From: Bythopirellula sp.
Lineage (GTDB): Bacteria > Planctomycetota > Planctomycetia > Pirellulales > Lacipirellulaceae
Length of the DNA stretch: 64,000 nucleotides
Direction: 5' to 3'
NCBI GenBank assembly: GCA_965216565.1
Contig: OZ244170.1
Span: 736,001 to 800,000, forward strand
Below the pieces are notes generated by a model that saw nothing but the letters and a program-made list of their open reading frames with translations, did no database searches and was not told where the DNA came from. Positions 40,201 to 48,850 of this stretch are shown here, piece by piece. Position 1 is the stretch's first letter; each line of letters begins with the position of its first letter. Made by a program: the position numbers and the translations under genes.

Positions 40201-40796
40201 AGGAAACAGACTTGAAGGAGGGCACCGTTGGCAGACCTGTCCCTGGAGTGACGGCAAAGACGGTCGATCCAGACACCCTGTCCGACCTGCCCTTGGGCAC
40301 TCCAGGCATGTTGCTCGTGAAGGGCCCGAATGTCATGCGTGGCTACTTAGGTGACGACGACAAAACAGCAGAAGTTGTTCGCGACGGTTGGTACGTCACC
40401 GGCGACATGGCCGAAATCGATAAGCAAGGGTTCATTCGCATAACGGGACGTCTCAGCCGGTTCTCCAAGATCGGCGGCGAAATGGTTCCGCACGAAAATA
40501 TCGAGGAAGCCATTCGGACGTACGTCCAAGGCGACGACGAAGAGGGTGTGCTAGTTGCTGTAACAGCAGTGCCTGACCTGAAGAAGGGCGAACGGCTAAT
40601 CGTCTTGCACCGTGAATTGAGATTCACCTCAGAACAAATTCGGGCGCATCTCACTCAGCAAGGATTGCCGAATCTATGGATTCCTTCCCAGGACAGCTTT
40701 CTGCAAGTCGATGAAATACCGGTGCTGGGAACCGGGAAGCTCGATCTCAAAGGACTGGCAGAATACGCGAAGAATCACTTCGGCACGGAGAACTGA
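37290..40796 (+). CDS. aas: LplT-like MFS / acyltransferase / acyl-ACP synthetase fusion
   Basis: MFS TQFLGAANDN..GYLADRFSK; PlsC NHISWLD, FPEG; AMP-binding FTSGSTGIPKG, EGYGATE, RFSKIGGE. Confidence 0.92.
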   Translation: MASDPRLSDQQLADINKAGARRLLSGSFLGLLLTQFLGAANDNILRWLVIGLGKDFVTEDRVGWILAMGSASFVLPYVLLAAPAGYLADRFSKQKVIVLCKTAEIFIMIFAVIAISFGSVPMMLAIVAAMGAQSALFGPSKLGSIPEMLHESKISSANGVLELVTVVAVTVGMILGNVLTDVVGYRGEERLWIAGVALVGFALLGLAASLLIARLPIANASRHFPWDAIRQTYRDVSKLTSDRAMLRIALGIMFFWSLAMLAQLNIDRFAFEGGATKQTQVAPLLLALVGGVGLGSVLAGIWSSGRVELGILPLGAGGLAFSALMLFTVEGELYDPSKHWTISYVGASLLLFSLGMFAGLFNVPLAAYMQRYSKPKDRGTILAASNFLTFAGMLVTSLLFWLLTTKLNFSPRQVFLLCGIVTLPVLIYIVCIIPQASIRFFAWMVTHTMYKIRVLGRENLPEKGAALLAPNHISWLDGLFLVAISPRPIRLVIADDLVQKWWARGLAKVMGAIPIRRRAPRATLNAIETAREALKNGELVCVFPEGKVTRSGQLQEFRASTLDLIRGTSASVIPVYLDELWGSIFSFRGGRFFWKWPSLRARPVSIWFGSPIASPESIHTVRQAVQDLGAEAVAGRKGRMMVLPRLMLRKCRKAMFSMKIADSTGSQVTGGMLLMRSLILRRLLKKHTLTSDEKYVGILLPPSVGGVITNAAVTLAGKVTANLNYTVTSEVLNACIRKGNIKHVLTSRKVIDKLDLDIDAEVVALEDFADKVTLFDKLVGGLLAFATPLPLLERILGTNKLTGDDELTVIFTSGSTGIPKGVVLTNHNIGSNVEAIDHVVHLRADDTLLGILPFFHSFGFTVTLWTMLGLDVRCVYHFTPLDAKAVSKLAGRWGATVLLATPTFLRSYMRRCSVEDFSKLEIVVAGAEKLPIELCDKFEEKFGVRPVEGYGATELSPLVSVNVPPQRSQTEETDLKEGTVGRPVPGVTAKTVDPDTLSDLPLGTPGMLLVKGPNVMRGYLGDDDKTAEVVRDGWYVTGDMAEIDKQGFIRITGRLSRFSKIGGEMVPHENIEEAIRTYVQGDDEEGVLVAVTAVPDLKKGERLIVLHRELRFTSEQIRAHLTQQGLPNLWIPSQDSFLQVDEIPVLGTGKLDLKGLAEYAKNHFGTEN

Positions 40797-40808
40797 CCTT
40801 ATCTCGAG

Positions 40809-41654
40809 TCAGTCGACTTTACTTGCCAGGCGTGCCTTAGCCGGTTCGAGCGTAGATTGAGCATTGCAATCGTAGGCAATCTTCACGAGTTCGCTTTTGC
40901 TAGCCTCTGATACGTGCGGCAAGCTGTTGGTGAGTCTGGCGATTGTTGCGGGGCGGAGTTCCGCGGCTTGCGACATGCTGCTGATGAACTGCATTGTGTC
41001 GGAAAAGTTTCGATCTGCAGACTTTCCTACGAGGGGGTGAATGGCGCGGGCAAATAGCTCCAAGCTGGCACGATCGATTTTCACAAAAGTGTCGAACCTG
41101 GCTGCCACGTAGTTTCTACCGTTGGTTTCTTTCATGGAACCACTGCGTAGTACCATCACGCACTGGGCGCGGACTGGTTTTTTGAATGGTTTTCCTTCGT
41201 ACTGCCCCTCAGCGTACATCACTACGCGGTTTTGGGCATGGGAGTCGCACTTTTGCTCGACGATGACCAGCTTTCCCTCGGTGCCAACATTATCGGCCAA
41301 GCGGAAATTGTTCTCGCTGGTTTTCACTAGCTCGACATTGCTGATACCGAGCTGTCGCCAGATTTGCACCAGCGCATCTGGGTTTTGGACCAAGTAGGTA
41401 AACATTGGCGGATGACAATCGACGGTCATCGTTGGCAAGCGTCGATAGAGGCTCGCGTTATTCACCACGTGCATAACTTTCCGGCGATACTCCGGCGCAA
41501 TCCTCTTTAAGGGAATGGCGCGCACGGCCTCACGACGAGCCGCTTTCGAGGTCGTGGACGACGAGTTCTCCGCAGCGGAGAGTGTTGGGCTACTCCCAAT
41601 GATGGCCGCAATGCAAAGCGGCACCATGAGCGCACGAATAGTCCGAGTTGGCAT
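40809..41654 (-). CDS. Conserved hypothetical secreted protein
   Basis: Signal peptide and 281-aa ORF of ordinary composition. Confidence 0.7.
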   Translation of the reverse strand: MPTRTIRALMVPLCIAAIIGSSPTLSAAENSSSTTSKAARREAVRAIPLKRIAPEYRRKVMHVVNNASLYRRLPTMTVDCHPPMFTYLVQNPDALVQIWRQLGISNVELVKTSENNFRLADNVGTEGKLVIVEQKCDSHAQNRVVMYAEGQYEGKPFKKPVRAQCVMVLRSGSMKETNGRNYVAARFDTFVKIDRASLELFARAIHPLVGKSADRNFSDTMQFISSMSQAAELRPATIARLTNSLPHVSEASKSELVKIAYDCNAQSTLEPAKARLASKVD

Positions 41655-41851
41655 GCAGTTCCCCCCTGATGCGCACCCGCTGTTGGAAAGATTTGCGGGT
41701 CGTAGAACTATTTCGGCCAGTTCGACCCCGACACCGCACTATTTTTGGGAGTGCTGCGTCAGCATTGCTAGCACACAGGCGGCCTTGTGCCTGTGCTCGC
41801 AATGCTCGACAATCCGCGCCGTCACTCCACCGACGTTTGGAATCGACCGAC

Positions 41852-43126
41852 ATGAGCACTGAAAAAATCAGCGAATCCCTGGCGCAATTGGCAACCTTGT
41901 TTGTCTTTTGCGTGGCGTGTTTGCTAGTAGCTTGGGAGTGTTGGCCTCGCGTAGGCCAATGGCATAAGCGACATTTGGCCGGTCAGCTAGCGTCGCAAAT
42001 TGAACAGGCGCCGGAAGAAGAAGCAGAGCTCCTAGTCCACGAGCTAGCAGGATTGGGAACTGCCGCGGTCGATGAACTCGTTGCGGGCACGCTCTCTCAG
42101 CGGACGCTCGTCGCCGAAGCCGCCAGGTCGGAAATCGACGATGCTTTTGCAAATCATAGAATCCTGCTTGGACGCGGCAATCCAGAAGCCAGCATCCAAT
42201 TACTCGTCGATTTGTCCAAGGCTTTGGCAGAAAATTCGCCGCAATTCGGACCTCGCGGCAGGCGTTGGGCCGAATCGCTGATGTTGAAATTGGTAGATTT
42301 GACGGAACAGATTCCACCCGCCCCGGCTGCGATCATCCTAGAGCACAGTTCCCAGCTTTTGGCCGAGATCCCGCCGAACGGGCCTCGACAACAATCGTTG
42401 ATCACAAATGTGTCGCCACAGTCAGAGACGCAAGATGTCGTCACGCTGGGGCCCCCCAGCGTCGATCTGCAGACGCTTGCTGTTCCGACAGAGCAAACAC
42501 TAGCTCGGGCACAACCGCCCGCCAGCCAGCCCACCACGCAGTCACTTGCCCGACCCGTCACACCCATCGCGCCACAAGAGCCAACCGATCCGGAACCGGC
42601 CCAGGTCGATACCAAGGTTACTACCCTGCCTTGGGTCAGCTCGGGGAAATCTTCCTTGTCGGTCGAAGTCGACGAACCATCGCCTCCACGCCACCGCAGT
42701 GGGCTTGTCGATGTGCCCTCGCCAGGGCAAACCCAGCGCAGGGTCGCCCAACTGCGAACTCTGTCGACTCGGGTGCTACTGGAGAAACTGCCTCACGCCG
42801 AACAATTCTTGGCTGGACCTATTCGCTACGTGCTTGAGCGCCGGGGCATTAGTGAGGCAGAAATCGAAATGACGTCTTCAGTCTTTGCCGGCGATGTGGC
42901 ACAGCGATTGGCGCTGGTTGAGCAAACTGCCAAGTTGCCAGCCACCTCGGCACGCCGCCTGCTTCGCTTGATGCTAGAAGACTCTCACGCGGATGTTCGT
43001 CTCAGGGCTCTAACAACCTTGGCCACGATGAACGATCCTCAGCTCGCCAGTCTCGCCAAAGAGATCACCATTCGCGACAAGGATCCCCGCGTCGCCGATC
43101 TCGCAGCGGAACTGATGCGGAAGTAG
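41852..43126 (+). CDS. Membrane-anchored protein with Pro-rich linker and C-terminal HEAT-like repeat
   Basis: N-terminal TM; LEDSHADVRLRALTTL..DKDPRVADLA. Confidence 0.7.
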   Translation: MSTEKISESLAQLATLFVFCVACLLVAWECWPRVGQWHKRHLAGQLASQIEQAPEEEAELLVHELAGLGTAAVDELVAGTLSQRTLVAEAARSEIDDAFANHRILLGRGNPEASIQLLVDLSKALAENSPQFGPRGRRWAESLMLKLVDLTEQIPPAPAAIILEHSSQLLAEIPPNGPRQQSLITNVSPQSETQDVVTLGPPSVDLQTLAVPTEQTLARAQPPASQPTTQSLARPVTPIAPQEPTDPEPAQVDTKVTTLPWVSSGKSSLSVEVDEPSPPRHRSGLVDVPSPGQTQRRVAQLRTLSTRVLLEKLPHAEQFLAGPIRYVLERRGISEAEIEMTSSVFAGDVAQRLALVEQTAKLPATSARRLLRLMLEDSHADVRLRALTTLATMNDPQLASLAKEITIRDKDPRVADLAAELMRK

Positions 43127-43553
43127 GAACTTCTAGATGGACGATCACTCATCGGAATCGGAGAAACTGTCAAACAAGTCGAAATTTCGACTGCGGATCT
43201 TGCCAGTCGGCTTTCTGTTGGCAATGGGCAGTATCGTTTTTGTAATCAGCATGTTTGGCATTTTCCAGATGGCCTTCACGACTTGGACCGGAATGCCACT
43301 TTACGTTGGAGGGCCAGTAGGCTTTCAGAAGTATCAAACTCTGGCGTCTGTTTGGTTCATCAATACAGGCGGCCTACTCGTTATTGCGGGACTGCTCTTA
43401 GAAAAAGGAAATTGGAAGAGTGCCCTAGTAATAGTTGCTCTGGTATTGCTGGCCGGAGTTATTCTGGAGAATACGGTGTTTGATCTGGGCAGATAGTTCA
43501 GGCGTCATCTTCTCCGATCGCGCTGCGGAACTGATGCGGAAGTAGGAACTTCT
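43095..43553. repeat. 40-bp direct repeat (43095-43134 and 43514-43553) bracketing a small gene
   Basis: CCGATC(T/G)CGC(A/T)GCGGAACTGATGCGGAAGTAGGAACTTCT, 38/40 identical; includes the HEAT gene stop codon. Confidence 0.9.
43137..43496 (+). CDS. Small hypothetical membrane protein (about 3 TM)
   Basis: 119-aa hydrophobic ORF; AGGA within the left repeat could act as its RBS. Confidence 0.65.
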   Translation: MDDHSSESEKLSNKSKFRLRILPVGFLLAMGSIVFVISMFGIFQMAFTTWTGMPLYVGGPVGFQKYQTLASVWFINTGGLLVIAGLLLEKGNWKSALVIVALVLLAGVILENTVFDLGR

Positions 43554-43606
43554 TCTCTCTTGAGTCTTTGAAAGCGATAGACAGCCAACGTATAGAGTTG
43601 ATCGCC

Positions 43607-43693
43607 TAGCCGGAGGCACACCTGCCTCCGGAGTGCTTTCTGAGTGCCTTGGTTCGCGTGCTTAGTGCCTTGGATCGCGTGGCGATCCGGCTA
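43607..43693. repeat. Repeat family B, copy 2
   Basis: TAGCCGGAGGCACACCTGCCTCCG...GGATCGCGTGGCGATCCGGCTA. Confidence 0.75.
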
Positions 43694-43719
43694 GGTTGTT
43701 GGTTCACTTTCCGAAAGCG

Positions 43720-45345
43720 CTACCGTCGTACGGTGGCCTCGACCTGTGTGATGCGTCCCGCTGTGACGTGGGAGCGACGGTACTGGGTCATATAGCCACG
43801 CGAACCATTGATGCCCACGCGACGTCCCACATAGGGTTTGAGATTTAGGTCTGGCGTGGGAGTGACGAACGACACAACATCGCCTCGGTCGTCGACGAGC
43901 GCGTATTGCGGGGCCCCTTCGCGGCGCGAGACAACGGGTTTCAACCGGCCCACGGCATCGTACTTCGATTCGTCCACTTCTTTGGCATTGCGCGAAATGG
44001 CATCGCCGGTTCCAGTCTCCAGATCGGAGCGAACTCGATCTCTGACTCCCGCCACTAGCTCCGCCATGGGCTCGACAGGAGCTCCCAAAGTTGGCACGGG
44101 ATAGTCTTCCTCAGCTTCCGCAGAGTCAGACAAGGTCGAGGGTTGCTGAGCCAATTGCGAACTGCCTCCGGCTGAGTACCCAGCTCGAATGCGGCGAAAA
44201 CGAACAATGCGTTCGATCACGTCGCGGATTTCGGCTCGTGCGTCTGACGACTGGACTTCTTTGAGCAAGGTTTCAGCCTCTGAACTGATCTGGTCGAATT
44301 GCCATGTTGTCGGAGGCTGACTCACGATTTGTGAGAGGCGTAATTGAAGTTCAACGATGCGCTCCTGATCGTCGACGCTCATCGATTTGGCAGTTTGTGG
44401 GGCGGAAGCCGTGGTTTGGGAATCGCCAAATTGTACTCGGGGAATCCCGGAAGTTGCTGCGTGCGTTTCGCTTGAGCCTACCGTCGAAGATGGCGACTGC
44501 AAGCCGGGCGTGGGTGTGGTGTACGGCTGTTGCAGCAATCCAGGAGCTTGGACGGCATGCGCTTGACGTTGAAATTGGGCCAGTTGCAATTCCGCAGGCG
44601 AACCGGCAACGATTTCAACATGACCGCCTCCACCTGTAGTTAATGGTGTTGCCTGAAATACCGCGTTGTTGCTCATGGCTTGATTGGCACCACGCAGGTG
44701 GTCGAAGGCATTGCCGGAGGAAGTGGACGTAGTTACTGGCGGGGGCGTGCTCGATTCCATTTGTTCACCAGGAAACCGTGCGCGAGACCATTTGCCCTTA
44801 GAGGTGCTTGTCAATGCCGGCGCAGTCACTTCCATCGGTGCCTGGCGTCCTAAGTCGTTGGCAGCGATCCAGCGGAACTCTCCCGCTGGAGGCACAACCC
44901 GTAACCAGTTCGGATCGTCTGAGGGCTGGCCAGGTACCACGCTTACGCGCTCTCCCTTGCGTAACATGACTTGCACGGCACTTCGCGTTGGCGAAAGTGT
45001 ACTGCCCACGCGAGTGACTGTTTTGTCGGCAATCACTTCCGCTGTGTTGTTGCTCAGCAATCGAACTTCGTACGCGGCTACCCAACTGAAGCTGCCTTCC
45101 GGAGGACGAATTGCGCACCAACCTTGTGAGTCGTGCCGATAGATTTCCAGAGCGAAACCTTGGGGTAGCTGCTGGGTGGGATAGTACCTTTGACCCGGTC
45201 CACTGCGGATATACGAATCTTGATGCACCACATAGGCGACGTAGGGAAATGTCTGTTGCGCCGTTAGATCCTGGGTGAAGAGAACCAAGGCGAGCAGGAT
45301 TGTAGCAATTCGTAAAACGAAGCATCGGAGGTCGGACCGGACCAT
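43720..45345 (-). CDS. Secreted protein with N-terminal SH3b-like domains
   Basis: Signal peptide; YIRSGPGQRYY..GWCAIRPPEGSFSWV; low-complexity linker; conserved-looking beta C-terminus. Confidence 0.7.
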   Translation of the reverse strand: MVRSDLRCFVLRIATILLALVLFTQDLTAQQTFPYVAYVVHQDSYIRSGPGQRYYPTQQLPQGFALEIYRHDSQGWCAIRPPEGSFSWVAAYEVRLLSNNTAEVIADKTVTRVGSTLSPTRSAVQVMLRKGERVSVVPGQPSDDPNWLRVVPPAGEFRWIAANDLGRQAPMEVTAPALTSTSKGKWSRARFPGEQMESSTPPPVTTSTSSGNAFDHLRGANQAMSNNAVFQATPLTTGGGGHVEIVAGSPAELQLAQFQRQAHAVQAPGLLQQPYTTPTPGLQSPSSTVGSSETHAATSGIPRVQFGDSQTTASAPQTAKSMSVDDQERIVELQLRLSQIVSQPPTTWQFDQISSEAETLLKEVQSSDARAEIRDVIERIVRFRRIRAGYSAGGSSQLAQQPSTLSDSAEAEEDYPVPTLGAPVEPMAELVAGVRDRVRSDLETGTGDAISRNAKEVDESKYDAVGRLKPVVSRREGAPQYALVDDRGDVVSFVTPTPDLNLKPYVGRRVGINGSRGYMTQYRRSHVTAGRITQVEATVRR

Positions 45346-45644
45346 GCGAAGTTTCCTTAATCAGCAGACCGTTGCCGGGCGAAAATGCATCCCGCCGGGC
45401 AGAGAAAAGTAGAGATAGGCGAGGACTTATAGGGAATTCGACCGGTCGGCTCAAGATAAGCACCGCTGCTAGCTCGCAGAACGCTGTCCTGATACGATAA
45501 AAGTATGGTTTGAATTCTGCATAAAGCCTGTCCAGGGGCACCTGGCCCTGCTAGCAGTATTCAGCACACTGGACGACAGAACGCTTTTTCCTCGGAATGG
45601 CCCTAACATCGGTCTGTCTTTTTTCGGAATAGCGGAGGCAACGC

Positions 45645-47501
45645 ATGCAACTCGATCGGCTCGGGCCGTACAAGATCATCAAGCAGATCGGCAAGGGCGG
45701 GATGGGGGCCGTTTACGAAGCCGTCAACGACCGTCCCGGTCCCCAGGAGGGCCGTCGTGTTGCTATCAAAGCCTTGAGCCCGCAAATGGCGGCTGCGGAG
45801 GGCTTTCGTGAACGGTTCGAGTCCGAAATTGTCTCGATGATGCAGTTGAGCCACGAGGGGATCGTCCAAATCTATGGCAAGGGCGAGCAGGATGGCATTT
45901 TGTTCTACTCCATGGAACTTGTGGATGGCACAAGCTTGGAGGAGGAAATCGCTGCAGGTCGTCGGTTCAACTGGCGCGAAACCTTGCGGGTGGGGATTCA
46001 GATTTGCCGTGCTTTGAAGCATGCCCACGATGTGGGTGTGGTACACCGCGACATCAAACCCGCCAACTTGTTACTCACGTCGGATGGGAGAGTGAAGATC
46101 GCGGATTTTGGCATCGCGAGATTTTTTCACAATACGCAACTAACGACGGCCGGCGGTGTACTGGGGACGGCTGACTACATGTCTCCCGAGCAGGCAGACG
46201 GCAGGCAGGTCACGGAAAAGTGCGATCAGTATAGCTTGGGTGGCGTGATGTATGCCCTGTTAGCTGGCCGACCACCGTTCCAAGCCAAAACGATGCCGGA
46301 GATGTTGCAACTGCAACGTTTTGCCGAGCCAGAACCGGTCCGTCGCTACGCTAGTGACACTCCCGATCAACTCAACAAACTTATCGCACAGCTCTTGGCC
46401 AAAGAGCCGGAGGACCGATTTCCAAATGTGATGGTTCTCGGTCGCCACATGGAAGCCATGGAGAAGGCCCTTTCCAGAGATACGAAAGGCAAATCGGCAG
46501 AGCCTCAGAGCCCCGACCATCCTCAGAAGCCAACTGCGGAGTTTAGCGGCCAGAAGACACGTGCCGTCGACAACCCGGCTATCGATATGGACGAGACAAA
46601 GTCGGAGCCCATTTCGACGGACATTTATGATGCTGCGACGCTCGATGTTCCGGCTGACGGCGATGATCCCTACGCAACGATTTCCGATGTGCCTTTGACT
46701 CACGAGCCGTTGCGCTCGACGTTTACAACGATCGCAGAAGAAAAGCGGCGTCAGCAAAATGAGGGGGCCAACGTTAACTGGGGGCTCTATGCACAGTTTC
46801 TCTTGCTAGTGTTGCTATTAACAACCATGGTTTGGGGCGGATGGCAGCTCATGAAGCCGCACTCTGCGGATGATCTTTTTGCGATTATCACCCAGGCCGT
46901 TGAGGAGGAAGGCAACGATGGCCTACGAGATGTGTCACGCGAACTCGAAGATTTTCAAGATCGTTTTTCGGAGGACCCCCGTAATCAGGAACTGGATGTC
47001 TATCGCAAGCGACTGGAATTCTTGCGATTCGAACGGCAGGCTCGCGCCAAATCAAGAGTCGGTGGCAGCGATGCCGCAAGTCCTGTTGGACGTGTGTATC
47101 TCGATGCGATGCAACTGGCCGAGGGTTCACCAACCGAAGCATTGCAGACGCTTGAGGCAGTGGTTCAGCTATTCGATCCATTGAATCAAGTTCGTCAGGG
47201 AGATCCAACTTCGAATACCTCCAACACGGAATTGAGCAAGACAGACCGACGTTGGTTACTCCTGGCTCGCCAGAGAATTGTTGAGCTTCGAAATCAGCTC
47301 AGCGACGATGCCAAGCAGCAACTGCCTGCTGTGAGAGAACGACTCGCCGCAGCTGCTACGATGAGTGAATCGGATCCAGCCGAGGCGCAAGAAATGTATC
47401 AAGCCATCATTCAGATTTACGGCAATGAACCTTGGGCCAGCGAGATTGTCTCGCAAGCGCGAGCAGCCATCGGCAAGCCGGACGAAGAAGCGTCTCCTTA
47501 A
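45645..47501 (+). CDS. Hanks-type Ser/Thr protein kinase, single TM
   Basis: IGKGGMGAVY, VAIK, HRDIKPAN, DFG, GTADYMSPEQ; TM at about aa 380-400. Confidence 0.95.
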   Translation: MQLDRLGPYKIIKQIGKGGMGAVYEAVNDRPGPQEGRRVAIKALSPQMAAAEGFRERFESEIVSMMQLSHEGIVQIYGKGEQDGILFYSMELVDGTSLEEEIAAGRRFNWRETLRVGIQICRALKHAHDVGVVHRDIKPANLLLTSDGRVKIADFGIARFFHNTQLTTAGGVLGTADYMSPEQADGRQVTEKCDQYSLGGVMYALLAGRPPFQAKTMPEMLQLQRFAEPEPVRRYASDTPDQLNKLIAQLLAKEPEDRFPNVMVLGRHMEAMEKALSRDTKGKSAEPQSPDHPQKPTAEFSGQKTRAVDNPAIDMDETKSEPISTDIYDAATLDVPADGDDPYATISDVPLTHEPLRSTFTTIAEEKRRQQNEGANVNWGLYAQFLLLVLLLTTMVWGGWQLMKPHSADDLFAIITQAVEEEGNDGLRDVSRELEDFQDRFSEDPRNQELDVYRKRLEFLRFERQARAKSRVGGSDAASPVGRVYLDAMQLAEGSPTEALQTLEAVVQLFDPLNQVRQGDPTSNTSNTELSKTDRRWLLLARQRIVELRNQLSDDAKQQLPAVRERLAAAATMSESDPAEAQEMYQAIIQIYGNEPWASEIVSQARAAIGKPDEEASP

Positions 47502-47535
47502 TCACGAAATAGACTGAACTCGATTGGAAATATCC

Positions 47536-48843
47536 ATGACCGCCACTGAAAAAGGCCTCACTAGCCGTCGACTTAGCGAAACTGCATTCGAAAGGGCACA
47601 GCATCTGATGCCGGGTGGAGTGAACAGCCCGGCTCGCGCATTCGGAGCCGTTGGTGGTACGCCGTTGTTCTTTGATCGAGCTGATGGCGCTTACTTGTTC
47701 GACCTCGATGGCAATCGGTATATCGACTACATCGGCTCCTGGGGGCCAATGATCTTGGGCCATCGTCACCCGGCGGTGATCGCAGCGCTAGAGGAAGCCC
47801 TCACGCGGGGAACCAGTTTCGGCGCCCCAACGGAAGCGGAGAGTGAACTTGCCGAGCGAATTATCGACGCCGTTGAATCCGTGGACAAAGTGCGGCTAGT
47901 CAATTCCGGAACTGAAGCCACGATGAGTGCGATTCGCTTGGCGCGGGGATTTACCGGTCGCGATGTGATTGTGAAGTTTGCGGGGAATTATCATGGGCAT
48001 GTGGATAGCTTGCTCGTAGCGGCGGGTAGCTCTGCAGCCACGCTGGGCACGCCCAGTTCGCCGGGCGTCACCGCCGGCACTGCTCAAGATACTTTGGTCC
48101 TGGAATACAACGATGTCGCTGGGCTCGAAGAGGCATTCGCAAAACGGGGAGACGAAATCGCGGGCGTTATTCTTGAGCCCGTCGTCGGTAACATGGGCGT
48201 CGTTCGACCGAGCGAGGAATTCTGCACGGCGCTAAATACACTCACCAAGCAGCACGGTGCGCTGCTGATTTGCGACGAGGTGATGAGCGGTTTTCGGGTT
48301 GCCTTGGGCGGAGCTCAGCAACTTCTTGGGTTACGCCCCGACCTGACGACACTGGGAAAGATCGTCGGGGGCGGTTTGCCAGTGGGGGCTTACGGTGGCA
48401 GGCGTGACGTGATGGATCATGTGTTGCCCGCCGGGAAGGTCTTTCAGGCCGGCACGCTCAGTGGCAATCCCCTCGCCACGGCTGCGGGCTGTGCGACGTT
48501 ACAGATGTTGCAGGACGATCCACCGTACGAACGTCTGGAGGCATTGACGGCACGGCTTGAGTCTGGACTGTCCAAAGCCGCTACCGAAGCAGGACTTCCA
48601 CACGGAATATCACGTGTCGGCAGTATGATGACGTTGTTCTTCAACGGCGAAAATGTTAGCGATTGGCCCGCAGCCAGTCGCTGCAACACAGACGCGTTTG
48701 CTAAGTATTTCTGGGGGCTTATCGAGAAGGGCTCCTACATGCCTTGCAGCCAGTACGAAGCGCTATTCGTCTCCGCGGCCCACACCGAGGAGGATATCGA
48801 CACGACGATCGCCGCTGCGAAAGAAGTGTTGGCTACGTTGTAG
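47536..48843 (+). CDS. hemL: Glutamate-1-semialdehyde 2,1-aminomutase
   Basis: MPGGVNSPARAF, YIDYIGSWGP, NSGTEATMSAIRLARG, GKIVGGGLPVGAYGG, QAGTLSGNP. Confidence 0.97.
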   Translation: MTATEKGLTSRRLSETAFERAQHLMPGGVNSPARAFGAVGGTPLFFDRADGAYLFDLDGNRYIDYIGSWGPMILGHRHPAVIAALEEALTRGTSFGAPTEAESELAERIIDAVESVDKVRLVNSGTEATMSAIRLARGFTGRDVIVKFAGNYHGHVDSLLVAAGSSAATLGTPSSPGVTAGTAQDTLVLEYNDVAGLEEAFAKRGDEIAGVILEPVVGNMGVVRPSEEFCTALNTLTKQHGALLICDEVMSGFRVALGGAQQLLGLRPDLTTLGKIVGGGLPVGAYGGRRDVMDHVLPAGKVFQAGTLSGNPLATAAGCATLQMLQDDPPYERLEALTARLESGLSKAATEAGLPHGISRVGSMMTLFFNGENVSDWPAASRCNTDAFAKYFWGLIEKGSYMPCSQYEALFVSAAHTEEDIDTTIAAAKEVLATL

Positions 48844-48850
48844 CCTTTGG

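Noticed and set aside
41648..41851. N-terminal extension of the HEAT-repeat ORF
   Set aside because: Overlaps the divergent gene start and promoter region; ATG 41852 before the TM helix is more plausible
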